The notes beneath the pieces were generated by a model that saw only the letters and a program-made list of their open reading frames with translations, made no database searches and had not been told where the DNA came from. The translations under genes were made by a program, and so were the position numbers. A stretch of DNA of 64,000 nt, from the NCBI GenBank assembly GCA_017610175.1, contig JAFCCO010000003.1, forward strand, positions 1 to 64,000, read 5' to 3'. The DNA is from Candidatus Iainarchaeum sp. (GTDB taxonomy: Archaea > Iainarchaeota > Iainarchaeia > Iainarchaeales > GCA-2688035). Shown one piece after another: positions 7,791 to 16,645 of this stretch. How positions within the stretch are numbered: the stretch's first letter is position 1; the number at the start of each line of letters is the position of its first letter.

Positions 7791-9257
7791 ATGAATTTAA
7801 ACCAGGTTATTGCAAGCATTTCAGCAATTGAAAAAGAAACCCTTAAGGCACTTGAAAGCGAAAAGGCAAAGGGCCCAAAAGAGATTGCGGGCGATGCAAA
7901 CATACCGCTTGATTCGGTGCGAAGGGCAGTTCAATGGCTTAAGGAAAAAAACCTGATTCAGCTCGAAGAGCAAGAGGAAAAATCACTCAAGCTAAGCCCC
8001 GCCGGAAAATCAAGCCTGAGAAAAGGGCTTCCTGAAAAAATGTTCATAGAGGCGCTGCAAAGGCTGGGCGGGAAGGCAGCGCTTGAAGAGGTTAAGAAGG
8101 AAAGCAAACTCAACACACCCGAACTTCACGCATCAATGGGGCTTGCAAAAAAGAACGCATGGCTCACAATCTCCAAGGGAGAAAAAGGCGTGGAGCTTGG
8201 GCTAACCGGATTGGAAGAGGCACTCCTTAAGGGAGAGTACTCGCTTGAAAAGGCGCTGAATGCGGTTGAAGCCGGAGAAGAGATTGAAGAAGCGGAGAGA
8301 AAGGAGCTCCTGCGAAGAGGGCTTGCAGGGGAAAGCACAATAGTGAAGAGAACCGCAAAACTAAACCAAAACGGACTTAATGCAATGAAAATGCTTTCAA
8401 CAGTCAAGCAGCGCACATACAATGTGCAGGGGCAGGTTCCAAAGCTGTTCATCGGAAAAAAACAGCCCTACATTCAGTTCCTCGAGCAAATCAGGTCAAA
8501 GCTTGTTGCGCTCGGATTCCAGGAAATGGCTTCACCGCTTACAACACAGGAATTTTACAACTTCGATGTTTTGTTCCAGCCACAGAACCACCCGGCAAGA
8601 AACTGGACAGACACCTACCAGCTAAAAAAACCAAAATCAGGAAAGCTTCCGCCCAACAGCATAGTTGAAAGGGTTAAGGCCGCGCACGAAAACGGATGGA
8701 AAACCAAGAGCAAAGGATGGGGTTATAACTGGAGCCGCGAAGTTGCGGCAAGGGTAATGCCGACCGCGCATGGAACGGCGCACAGCGCAAGGCAAATTGT
8801 CAAGGGAGTGGAGGTTCCGGGAAAATACTTTACAATAGCAAGATGTTACAGGCCGGATGTTGTTGACGCAACACACATGATTGAATTCAACCAGCTTGAG
8901 GGATTCATTGTTGACGAAAGCTTTACATTCAGGCACCTGCTTGGAATGCTCAAGCAGTTTGCAATAGAGGTCGCGGGTGCAGAGGACGTTAAGTTCTTCC
9001 CGGACTACTACCCGTTTACAGAGCCAAGCGTTCAGATGAGCGCAAAGCACCCGAAGCTTGGCTGGGTTGAATTTGGGGGGGCCGGAATATTCAGGCCCGA
9101 AATGATGGAGCCGCTTGGAGTAAAAGCCCCCACGCTTGCATGGGGCCTCGGGATTGACAGGCTTGCAATGTTCAAGCTGGGAATCAAGGACATAAGGTAT
9201 TTGTTTGCACAGGATTTGGACTGGCTGAGAAAAAGCGAAATGGTGAGTGTTAAATAA
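7791..9257 (+). CDS. pheS: Phenylalanine--tRNA ligase alpha subunit (archaeal type)
   Basis: N-terminal wHTH domains, NFDVLFQPQNHPAR, YRPDVVDATHMIEFNQLEG, YYPFTEPS, GAGIFRPE and AWGLGIDRLAM motifs. Confidence 0.97.
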   Translation: MNLNQVIASISAIEKETLKALESEKAKGPKEIAGDANIPLDSVRRAVQWLKEKNLIQLEEQEEKSLKLSPAGKSSLRKGLPEKMFIEALQRLGGKAALEEVKKESKLNTPELHASMGLAKKNAWLTISKGEKGVELGLTGLEEALLKGEYSLEKALNAVEAGEEIEEAERKELLRRGLAGESTIVKRTAKLNQNGLNAMKMLSTVKQRTYNVQGQVPKLFIGKKQPYIQFLEQIRSKLVALGFQEMASPLTTQEFYNFDVLFQPQNHPARNWTDTYQLKKPKSGKLPPNSIVERVKAAHENGWKTKSKGWGYNWSREVAARVMPTAHGTAHSARQIVKGVEVPGKYFTIARCYRPDVVDATHMIEFNQLEGFIVDESFTFRHLLGMLKQFAIEVAGAEDVKFFPDYYPFTEPSVQMSAKHPKLGWVEFGGAGIFRPEMMEPLGVKAPTLAWGLGIDRLAMFKLGIKDIRYLFAQDLDWLRKSEMVSVK

Positions 9258-10906
9258 TGCCGAATGTGGAAGTTAGCCTAAAAGACATGCAGAAGCTTCT
9301 TGGAAAAAAGCTTTCCCTTAAACAGTTTGAAGACGCTGTGCTCTACGCAAAAGGGGAAATTGATGCCGTTGAGGGAGACAAAATTACGGTCGATGTAAAG
9401 GAAACAAACAGGCCGGATTTGCTCAGCGCAGAGGGCCTTGCCCGCGAGATAAGGGGCAGAATCTCAAACGACCGGGGAGTTCCAAAATACAAGATTAAAA
9501 AAAGCGGCGTAAAGCTGCTTGTTGACAAAAACGTTTCGGCCGTTCGCCCGAAAATTGCCGCGGCAATAATAAAGAACGTGAAAATCACACAAGACACGCT
9601 TATTCAAATGATTAACTCGCAGGAAAAAGTCTGCCTAACCTTCGGAAGGAAAAGGAAAGAGGCAGCAGTTGGAATATACGACTGGGGCAAAATGAAGGCG
9701 CCAATGCACTACCGCGCATACAAGCCAAGGGAAAAGAAATTCATCCCGCTTGAATACAAGGCTGAAATGGACCTGAACGAGATTCTTGAAGAGCACCCGA
9801 AAGGAAGGGAGTATGCGCACCTGCTTAAGGGCCACAAGCTTTACCCAATTGTGGAAGACGACAACAGGGTTGTTTCGTCAATGCCGCCTATAATTAATTC
9901 ACAGGTCACGGGGAAGGTTGACGAAAAAACACGCGAGCTTCTGGTAGAGGTGACCGGGCACAAACAGGATGTTGTTGAAACAGCGCTCAACGTAATGGTT
10001 TCTGCAATGGCGGAACGCGAATTTGACGTTTACTCTGTTGACATAGTTTACCCAAAAGAAAAGGTTACAACGCCAAACTTCAAGCCAAAAAAGGCAATTG
10101 TTTCGCTCAAGGAAATCAACAGAATTTCCGGGCTTGAACTGAGCAAAAAGAAGGCGCTTGAGCTGCTTGCAATGGCAAGATACGACGCAAAGGAAAAGGG
10201 CGGAAAAATATACGTTGAATACCCCGCCTACAGACAGGACATACTTCACCCTGTGGACGTAATTGAGGACATAATAATTTCATACGGCTTTAGCAACATT
10301 GAGCCCGCTGAGGTAAAGGTTGCAACTGTTGGAGGGGAATCAAAAGAGGCAAAGCAGGCAAAAATCGTCCGCGAAATATGCGTGGGCATGGGGCTGCAGG
10401 GAATACTTTCATTCACAATGACCTCAAAGGAAAAGCAGGCAAAAAAAATAGCTTTGGACGAGGAAAAAGAGGAATTTGTCGAGATTGCAAACCCGGTTAG
10501 TGAAAATTACGCCGTGTTCAGAAAAAGAATCTTCCCCGAACTGCTTGAATTCCTTTCAAGAAACAAGCACTGCCTATACCCCCAAAAAATATTTGAGCTT
10601 GGAAAAACACTTGAGTTGGATTCAGGCACTGAGACAGGGACAAGGGAAGAGAACACCCTTAGCATTGTGCTCAGCGGAAAAGGTTTTGGCTTTAACGCAA
10701 TAAAAAGTGCGCTTGATGCAGTCAGCGACAACCTTGGAATCAAGTACACACTTAAGGAATCTGCACACCCATCCCTCAAAGAGGGAAGGCAGGCAAAAAT
10801 AAGCTTTGGCGGAAAAAAGGGTCTGCTCGGTGAACTCTCAAATAAAACAAAGCAGTCATTCGGGGTGGAGCAGGACACTGTTGTTCTGGAAATAAATCTT
10901 CCCTAA
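9257..10906 (+). CDS. pheT: Phenylalanine--tRNA ligase beta subunit
   Basis: NRPDLLSAEGLAR, SMPPIINS, PAYRQDILHPVDVIED motifs; coupled to pheS (TAATG overlap). Confidence 0.97.
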   Translation: MPNVEVSLKDMQKLLGKKLSLKQFEDAVLYAKGEIDAVEGDKITVDVKETNRPDLLSAEGLAREIRGRISNDRGVPKYKIKKSGVKLLVDKNVSAVRPKIAAAIIKNVKITQDTLIQMINSQEKVCLTFGRKRKEAAVGIYDWGKMKAPMHYRAYKPREKKFIPLEYKAEMDLNEILEEHPKGREYAHLLKGHKLYPIVEDDNRVVSSMPPIINSQVTGKVDEKTRELLVEVTGHKQDVVETALNVMVSAMAEREFDVYSVDIVYPKEKVTTPNFKPKKAIVSLKEINRISGLELSKKKALELLAMARYDAKEKGGKIYVEYPAYRQDILHPVDVIEDIIISYGFSNIEPAEVKVATVGGESKEAKQAKIVREICVGMGLQGILSFTMTSKEKQAKKIALDEEKEEFVEIANPVSENYAVFRKRIFPELLEFLSRNKHCLYPQKIFELGKTLELDSGTETGTREENTLSIVLSGKGFGFNAIKSALDAVSDNLGIKYTLKESAHPSLKEGRQAKISFGGKKGLLGELSNKTKQSFGVEQDTVVLEINLP

Positions 10907-12309
10907 AACAAAGTAGATTGCTTGTGGTCCAAGTCTTCTTCAGGCTCTTTTTCAGCAGCTTTTGTTTCCTCCGGCTGCTCAAACTGCTTAAGGCGGTGCT
11001 CTCCCAAAGCGGAGAACGACCTGCGCTTTTCAACAATGTGCTTTTGCTTCAACTCAAGTGCCTTCTCAAGAACTGCGGTTGGCTTCTTTGCGCCCGGTTT
11101 TGCATCAAGCATGAACGCAATTTCCTTCCCATCCAAATCAAATTCGGCAGAAAGCCTTGCGGCACGCTCCTTGTCCTTGAAAAGCATTTTCAGGTAAACC
11201 AAATCGCTTGAAATAACTTCGCGCGGGCTGCTGTGCACTTTTTTTCCAATCTTTCTCCCCAGCTCTTTTTTCATGGCGCGCAAAGAGGATGATGCGCTGA
11301 GCTTTTTCAAAAGCTGCGGAAACTGAAGCTTAAGCCAGCCATGGCACTCCTGCGCCTTGCTCATCCCAACCCCGCTTGTAAACAGCTCGGAACTGTAGCG
11401 CTTGAAGCCATAGTGCTGCCTGTTGAATATTCTGCCCTCAAATATGTCCGCCCTTGAAAGAACATTGAATGCGTTTGCAACATCCGTGGGATCAGCATAA
11501 GCACGCGGAATATTTTCCTCAACCCAGCGAAAAAGAAGGTCATTGCTTATCTCGGATGAAAAGCGGGCCTTTCTGATTTCCCCAACCGTCTTGCCCTTGA
11601 AAATTGTTTCCACAACCTTGAAAACATTCTCCTGCCGCTCCCTAAAACCAAGTGTTGAAACAGCTTCCTCATCCACTTTTCCCGAAAGGGAAAGTGTCTG
11701 CGTATCAAGAAGTGCAGACCTGAAATCACCCTTGCAGTTCTTCGCAAGCCCCTTTACGGCATCAGGGTCAAATTCAATGCCCTTATCAGTTAAAAGTTGC
11801 TTGAGCCTGCTTGCAATGCTAAGGTAATTTATTCTCTTAAAGGACATAAGCTGCGACGCCTGCCTGATGGGCGCGAGCTTCTGGTCCTTGTAAATATTGT
11901 TGGCGGTAAGAATGACCGGATTTTTTGACTCCTTGATAATTTTGACAATTGCTCCCGCGCCACCCCTGTCCCTTGACTGCAGGCCGTCTATCTCATCTAA
12001 AAGAACAAGCCTTTTGGAGCCCGAAAAAGATGCCCCCTGTGATGCCACCCCAACGATTCGGTCAATTGTGTCCTTGTTTCTCAAATCGCTTGCGTTAAGC
12101 TCAAACACACTCCAGTTGAACTGCTTTGCCAACAGAAATGCAAGGCATGTTTTTCCAACACCTGTTGCCCCAAAGAACAAAAGAGGTTTCTGTGGCTTGC
12201 CCTCACTCCAAGCAGTAGCCCATTTCCTGGCTTCGTCCACAATTTCAAAGTTCCCAATAAATTCCTCAAAGGTTTTGGGAAAATGCTCGTCGGTCCAAAG
12301 CCCGGTCAT
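10903..12309 (-). CDS. rfcL: Replication factor C large subunit
   Basis: LWTDEHFPK, Walker A GATGVGKT, ELNASDLR, LLDEIDG, C-terminal PIP-like QSTLF. Confidence 0.95.
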   Translation of the reverse strand: MTGLWTDEHFPKTFEEFIGNFEIVDEARKWATAWSEGKPQKPLLFFGATGVGKTCLAFLLAKQFNWSVFELNASDLRNKDTIDRIVGVASQGASFSGSKRLVLLDEIDGLQSRDRGGAGAIVKIIKESKNPVILTANNIYKDQKLAPIRQASQLMSFKRINYLSIASRLKQLLTDKGIEFDPDAVKGLAKNCKGDFRSALLDTQTLSLSGKVDEEAVSTLGFRERQENVFKVVETIFKGKTVGEIRKARFSSEISNDLLFRWVEENIPRAYADPTDVANAFNVLSRADIFEGRIFNRQHYGFKRYSSELFTSGVGMSKAQECHGWLKLQFPQLLKKLSASSSLRAMKKELGRKIGKKVHSSPREVISSDLVYLKMLFKDKERAARLSAEFDLDGKEIAFMLDAKPGAKKPTAVLEKALELKQKHIVEKRRSFSALGEHRLKQFEQPEETKAAEKEPEEDLDHKQSTLF

Positions 12310-12734
12310 TTTTTGCCCCGCCTTGTTTTTTTTGGAGGAGGCTTTTTCGGCTTTGGTTTTGGCTTCTTAACAACTTTCTGTTTCTCAAGGTTCTTGATCC
12401 GTGCAGATGAAAAGCCCTCAATCTCGCGAATCGTCTTCCAAAAATCAGGCATTAGCATACTACCCCATCCTTTTTTTGGAATGCGCCCTGTTGCCCCAAC
12501 TGTAGCCAAAATATCACGCTGTGTAAGAACAGCCAGCCCGCGCGCACTTTTTTTCGGGTTTATTCCAAGCTTCACTTCAAGCAAGGCCATTTTCCTCAGT
12601 TGCTTTAAGATGGCAATCAGTTTGTCCGCACGCCCCTTAAGCTCCTTGTCCTTGGAGCGGCTTGACGCTAAAAGAATTTCCCCTCCGCGCGCCATCCTGT
12701 CTGCAGATTTCGAATCCCTCGGTTTTTCAGCCAA
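12306..12734 (-). CDS. Basic hypothetical protein with Lys/Pro-rich tail
   Basis: ORF whose stop overlaps the rfcL start; ends KKPKPKPKKPPPKKTRRGKK. Start uncertain. Confidence 0.55.
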   Translation of the reverse strand: MAEKPRDSKSADRMARGGEILLASSRSKDKELKGRADKLIAILKQLRKMALLEVKLGINPKKSARGLAVLTQRDILATVGATGRIPKKGWGSMLMPDFWKTIREIEGFSSARIKNLEKQKVVKKPKPKPKKPPPKKTRRGKK

Positions 12735-12801
12735 AACTCAATCCCCTAAAATATTTAAAGCCCCAATTATGTTTTTATTACAACCCCACCTAAAAATTTC
12801 T

Positions 12802-13998
12802 ATGCAAATTGGGGTGGTTGGAAAACCAAGCAGCGGAAAAAGCACGTTTTTTGCGGCAGCAACAATGATTGATGTGGGGATTGCAAACTACCCCTTCACC
12901 ACAATTGAGCCAAACAAGGGAACAGGCTTTGTGAGGGTTGAATGCATTGACAAGGAATTCAATGTGCAATGCAATCCAAGGCACGGTTATTGCAAGAATG
13001 GAATAAGGCATGTTCCTGTTGAATTGGTTGATGTGGCGGGGCTTGTTCCCGGTGCGCACCTGGGCAAAGGAAAGGGAAACGCATTCCTTGATGATTTGAG
13101 GCAGGCAGCCGTACTTGTACATGTTGTGGATGCATCCGGCTCAACAAACGAAAAGGGAGAGCCGGTAGCGGCAGGAAGCCACGACCCCTGCAAGGACATA
13201 GAGTTCCTTGAAACTGAAATTGATTTGTGGTTTTTGGGGATTATTGAGAAGAACTGGGGCAAGCTTGCAAAAATGCCTTTGGGGGGAACAGCCGCAACCG
13301 TCGCAGCGCTTGCGCAGGCCTTAAGTGGAATTGGCGGGGGCGAGGCAACAGTTGAAAAAACACTGCAAAAAACCGGGCTAATTGAGAAAAAGCTTGGGGA
13401 ATGGACCGGTGAAGAGAAAATGGAGTTTGCAACAAAACTTAGGGAAACCTCAAAGCCAATTGTTATTGCAGCCAACAAAATGGACATTGCCGGCTCAAAG
13501 GAAAACCTTGAAAAAATGAGGGAAAAGTTTCCGAAAAAAACAATCATCCCCTGCTCCGGCTTTGCAGAGCTTGCGCTAAAGAAAGCCGCAAAGGAAGGGT
13601 TTATAGATTACCAGCCGGGAAACCCAAAGTTTGAAAAGTTAAAAGAGCTAAATGAAAAGCAGGAGAAGATGCTTTCGCTTGTGGAAGAAAAGGTTCTAAG
13701 CGAATTTGGAAGCACAGGTGTGCAAGAGGTATTGGACAAGACCGTGTTTGATGCGCTTGGATACATTGCCATTTTTCCTGCTGGTGCAAAAAAGCTCGCT
13801 GACTCGGAGGGAAATGTTCTGCCCGACTGCCTGCTGATGCCTGGGGATTCAACCGCGCAGGACTTTGCGTTCAAACTACACACTGATATGGGAAAGGGAT
13901 TTATTCGCGCAATTGATGTTAAGAAAAAGACAATGGTTGGAAAGGGCCATTTGCTAAAGCACCGCGATGCAGTAGAAATCGTTTTCAAGAAACCCTAA
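12802..13998 (+). CDS. ychF: Obg-family YchF/Ola1-like translation-associated NTPase with TGS domain
   Basis: GKPSSGKST, YPFTTIEPN, DVAGLVPGAH, NKMD motifs and C-terminal TGS (AFKLHTD). Real start is the ATG at 12802. Confidence 0.95.
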   Translation: MQIGVVGKPSSGKSTFFAAATMIDVGIANYPFTTIEPNKGTGFVRVECIDKEFNVQCNPRHGYCKNGIRHVPVELVDVAGLVPGAHLGKGKGNAFLDDLRQAAVLVHVVDASGSTNEKGEPVAAGSHDPCKDIEFLETEIDLWFLGIIEKNWGKLAKMPLGGTAATVAALAQALSGIGGGEATVEKTLQKTGLIEKKLGEWTGEEKMEFATKLRETSKPIVIAANKMDIAGSKENLEKMREKFPKKTIIPCSGFAELALKKAAKEGFIDYQPGNPKFEKLKELNEKQEKMLSLVEEKVLSEFGSTGVQEVLDKTVFDALGYIAIFPAGAKKLADSEGNVLPDCLLMPGDSTAQDFAFKLHTDMGKGFIRAIDVKKKTMVGKGHLLKHRDAVEIVFKKP

Positions 13999-14286
13999 TT
14001 ATTCCTGCAAAACAGTTGTTTCTGTTGTTTTGGAAACAGTTTCGGTCATGGAAGGGAGGAGCTCTTCCTTTGTTTCTGTTTTGAGTTCCTTCTCGGTCTC
14101 AACAACTTCCTTCATTACCTTTACCATTACCTGCTTCTTGTCCTTTAACTTTGAAAGAGTGTAGTAATAAGCGTTTATTACCTCATCAAGCTTCAGGCTG
14201 CGCTTGTAGCCAAGCCTTGCAATTTCCTTGAAATAAATCTGCACAATCCTTGTTGCAATATCTTCATTACTCAAACCCTTAACCAT
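13999..14286 (-). CDS. Small hypothetical protein, paralog of the C-terminal domain of the upstream Lys-rich protein
   Basis: LSNEDIATRIVQIYFKEIARLGYKRSLKLDEVINAYYYTL aligns without gaps to the C-terminus of 14298-15329. Confidence 0.8.
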   Translation of the reverse strand: MVKGLSNEDIATRIVQIYFKEIARLGYKRSLKLDEVINAYYYTLSKLKDKKQVMVKVMKEVVETEKELKTETKEELLPSMTETVSKTTETTVLQE

Positions 14287-14297
14287 CAAAACACCCC

Positions 14298-15329
14298 TTA
14301 TACTCTGCCCTTGTCGATTATGGCTTCGACTTCGGTGAGTTCTATGCCCTTGCGCTCAACTCTTGCAAGCGCATAAAAGTATGCGTTAATTACCTCGTCT
14401 AAAGTAAGTTTTCTCTTCAGGCCGTGCCTTGCGACCTCTGTGAAGTACACGTCAAGCATTTTCAGCGCTATCTCCTCTTCACAAAGCTCCTGCCCCGCCC
14501 CCCTGGTTTCTGAAACTATCTTCTTGACTGTTTCAATTCGTTCCTTTTCGCGGACCTGCAATTTCTTCATTGCCTCATTAACAATTACCGCAACCTTTTC
14601 AGCAGGGAAAATTTCCCTTGTTACAACAACCGGCTTTCGCACAGTCCTTTTAACCTTTATAACGCGGTTAACCTTTGGCTTTGCCCTCTTCACAGGCTTT
14701 TTCTTAATTGTCTTTTTCTTGACCATTTTTTTCTTTACGGTTTTTTTTCTAATAACCTTTTTTGCCTTCTTCTTTGGCTTTGGCTTTGCTTTTGCCTTTG
14801 GCTTTGGCTTTGCTTTTGCCTTTGGCTTTGGCTTTGCTTTCACCGGCTTTCTTCTTTTCTTCTTTGGCGGATTCTTAAGCCTGTTCCAGGCAACGATGGA
14901 CTGCTTCATGTTTTTGCCCTGCTTAAGCTGCATTGAAATAAAAATATTGTAAGCGGTTCTTTTCTTTGATTTCTTGGCCTGCTCACGCTTTTTCTTTCCC
15001 CAAAGTGCGGCTGCCTGCTTAAAGGTAAGCCCCTTCTTAATCTGCTGCCGCATAAAGCGGTTGTAATCGGAGAGGCCTGCCCTCTTCTTCTTCTTTATAA
15101 GCTTCTCAATTTCTGCCTTCAAAGCCTCAAGGTCCTTTGCGTGCTTGGAAGTTTTCTTAGAAACAGTTTTTGTGAGTGCAACCTCTTTCTTCAGGCCCTT
15201 TCGCAAAGCCTTAATCTGCTTTGTGACTTTTTTGGTTGGCTTTGCAGCCTTCTTCCTGACCGGCTTTTTTGCCGATTTCCTGGAAGGCTTTTTAGCCCTT
15301 GAAACCTTTTTTGCCTTCTTAACAGCCAT
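14298..15329 (-). CDS. Extremely Lys-rich, histone H1-like protein with two HMG/YABBY-like helical repeats
   Basis: K/A/P/R-rich tracts; repeats LSDYNRFMRQQIKKGLTFKQAAALW and RTAYNIFISMQLKQGKNMKQSIVAW; conserved C-terminal domain shared with the next gene. Confidence 0.8.
   Translation of the reverse strand: MAVKKAKKVSRAKKPSRKSAKKPVRKKAAKPTKKVTKQIKALRKGLKKEVALTKTVSKKTSKHAKDLEALKAEIEKLIKKKKRAGLSDYNRFMRQQIKKGLTFKQAAALWGKKKREQAKKSKKRTAYNIFISMQLKQGKNMKQSIVAWNRLKNPPKKKRRKPVKAKPKPKAKAKPKPKAKAKPKPKKKAKKVIRKKTVKKKMVKKKTIKKKPVKRAKPKVNRVIKVKRTVRKPVVVTREIFPAEKVAVIVNEAMKKLQVREKERIETVKKIVSETRGAGQELCEEEIALKMLDVYFTEVARHGLKRKLTLDEVINAYFYALARVERKGIELTEVEAIIDKGRV
14773..14840 (-). repeat. 24-nt tandem repeat (about 2.8 copies) encoding AKAKPKPK
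   Basis: tttggctttggctttgcttttgcc at 14773-14796 and 14797-14820, plus a partial copy at 14821-14840. Confidence 0.9.
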
Positions 15330-15436
15330 AAAGTTCACTCATTACGATTAATGTATTATATATTTACTGTTCTAGTGTTTTTATTTGTTTCGATAACGCA
15401 AATGAATTAAAAAAACCTTCAGAAGCCAATATTTTC

Positions 15437-16645
15437 ATGATGGTACTTGTCTTTCTGGCATTAATGGCACTTGTCATTTTTCTCGGGGTTTTTGGGGAAT
15501 TTGTTTTCAGCAAAACAAAAATTCCGGATGCACTCTGACTGATTGCGGTCGGATTTATTGCAGGGCCCTTGCTTGGGCTTGTGCCCCAGCAGCAACTTTG
15601 GACAATAGCACCTTTCTTCTCCGCAATTGCGCTAATGGTAATAATGTTTGAGGGCAGCTTGCACCTCAATATCTATGACATAATAAAGAACGCGCCAACC
15701 TCTGTTCTTCTTGCGGTTGTCGGATTCTTCATCAACATGGCGGCAATAACTTTGATTCTGGAGGGATTTGCAGGCGTTGGCTATCTGCAAAACTGGACCC
15801 TCACAAACAGCATTCTGCTTGGCTCAATTTTGGGCGGAATCAGTTCACTTGTTGTCCTTCCGCTTATAAAAACTGCGAAACTCAACAACAAGATTTCAAA
15901 CATTCTCACCCTTGAAAGCAGCCTAACCGATGTGCTTGCCGTGGTCATAACAATCGCAATAATTCAGTTTGTGCTGATTCCTGGAAACGGGGTGCAGGGA
16001 ATTGTAAAAGGGGTTATTGCAAACTTTTCAACAGGTGCAATGCTGGGGCTCTTGATTGGAATGATCTGGCTTTACGTTCTTGAATTCTTCAAAAATAAGG
16101 AAAGGCTTTACAGGCCCAACTACATGCTTACATTCGCATGCCTGCTGTTGCTCTATGCTTTTACGGAATTTGTGGAGGGGAGCGGTGCCATTGCCGCGCT
16201 TGCATTCGGGCTGGTGCTTGGAAATGCATTGCAGCTGCAGAAAATGCTCAGGCTGGAGCAAAAAATAAGGCTGAATTCAAGGGTTGTTGAGTTCAACAGC
16301 CAGGTGAGCTTTTTTGTGAAGACATTTTTCTTTGCATTAATCGGGCTGCTGCTGTTTATTGAGACCGGAACACTTCTTGTTTCCATTGCGGTCGTTGCGG
16401 CGGTAACACTTGCAAGGCCGGTGGCGGTTTGGATTGGAACAATCAGGGAAACCATCCCAAAAAAAGACAAGGCAATAGTAAATGGCCTGATTCCAAGAGG
16501 ATTGGCTGCGGCGGTGCTTGCCATTCTTCCTGCAAGTTATGGGCTGCCTGGAACGGAAGCATTCAGCGGAATAGTGTTCACAGTAATAATTGCCTCGATT
16601 GGAATTACAATGGTTTTGTTCTACATGAGAACAAAAAAAATTTAG
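15437..16645 (+). pseudogene. NhaP/CPA1-type cation:proton antiporter interrupted by an in-frame TGA at 15536-15538
   Basis: From ATG 15437: MMVLVFLALMALVIFLGVFGEFVFSKTKIPDAL*LIAVGFIAGPLLGLV..., in frame with the 15569-16645 ORF carrying LESSLTDV, FFVKTFFF and PRGLAAAVLA motifs. Confidence 0.75.

Noticed and set aside
12283-12801. 173-aa N-terminal extension on YchF in the ORF track
   Set aside because: It is the antisense read of the Lys-rich 12306-12734 gene; the YchF family sequence begins at MQIGVVGKP (12802).
15536-15538. Genome-wide TGA reassignment or selenocysteine
   Set aside because: Many genes here end in TGA, no other conserved gene shows an internal TGA, and the site is in a TM helix rather than a redox motif.
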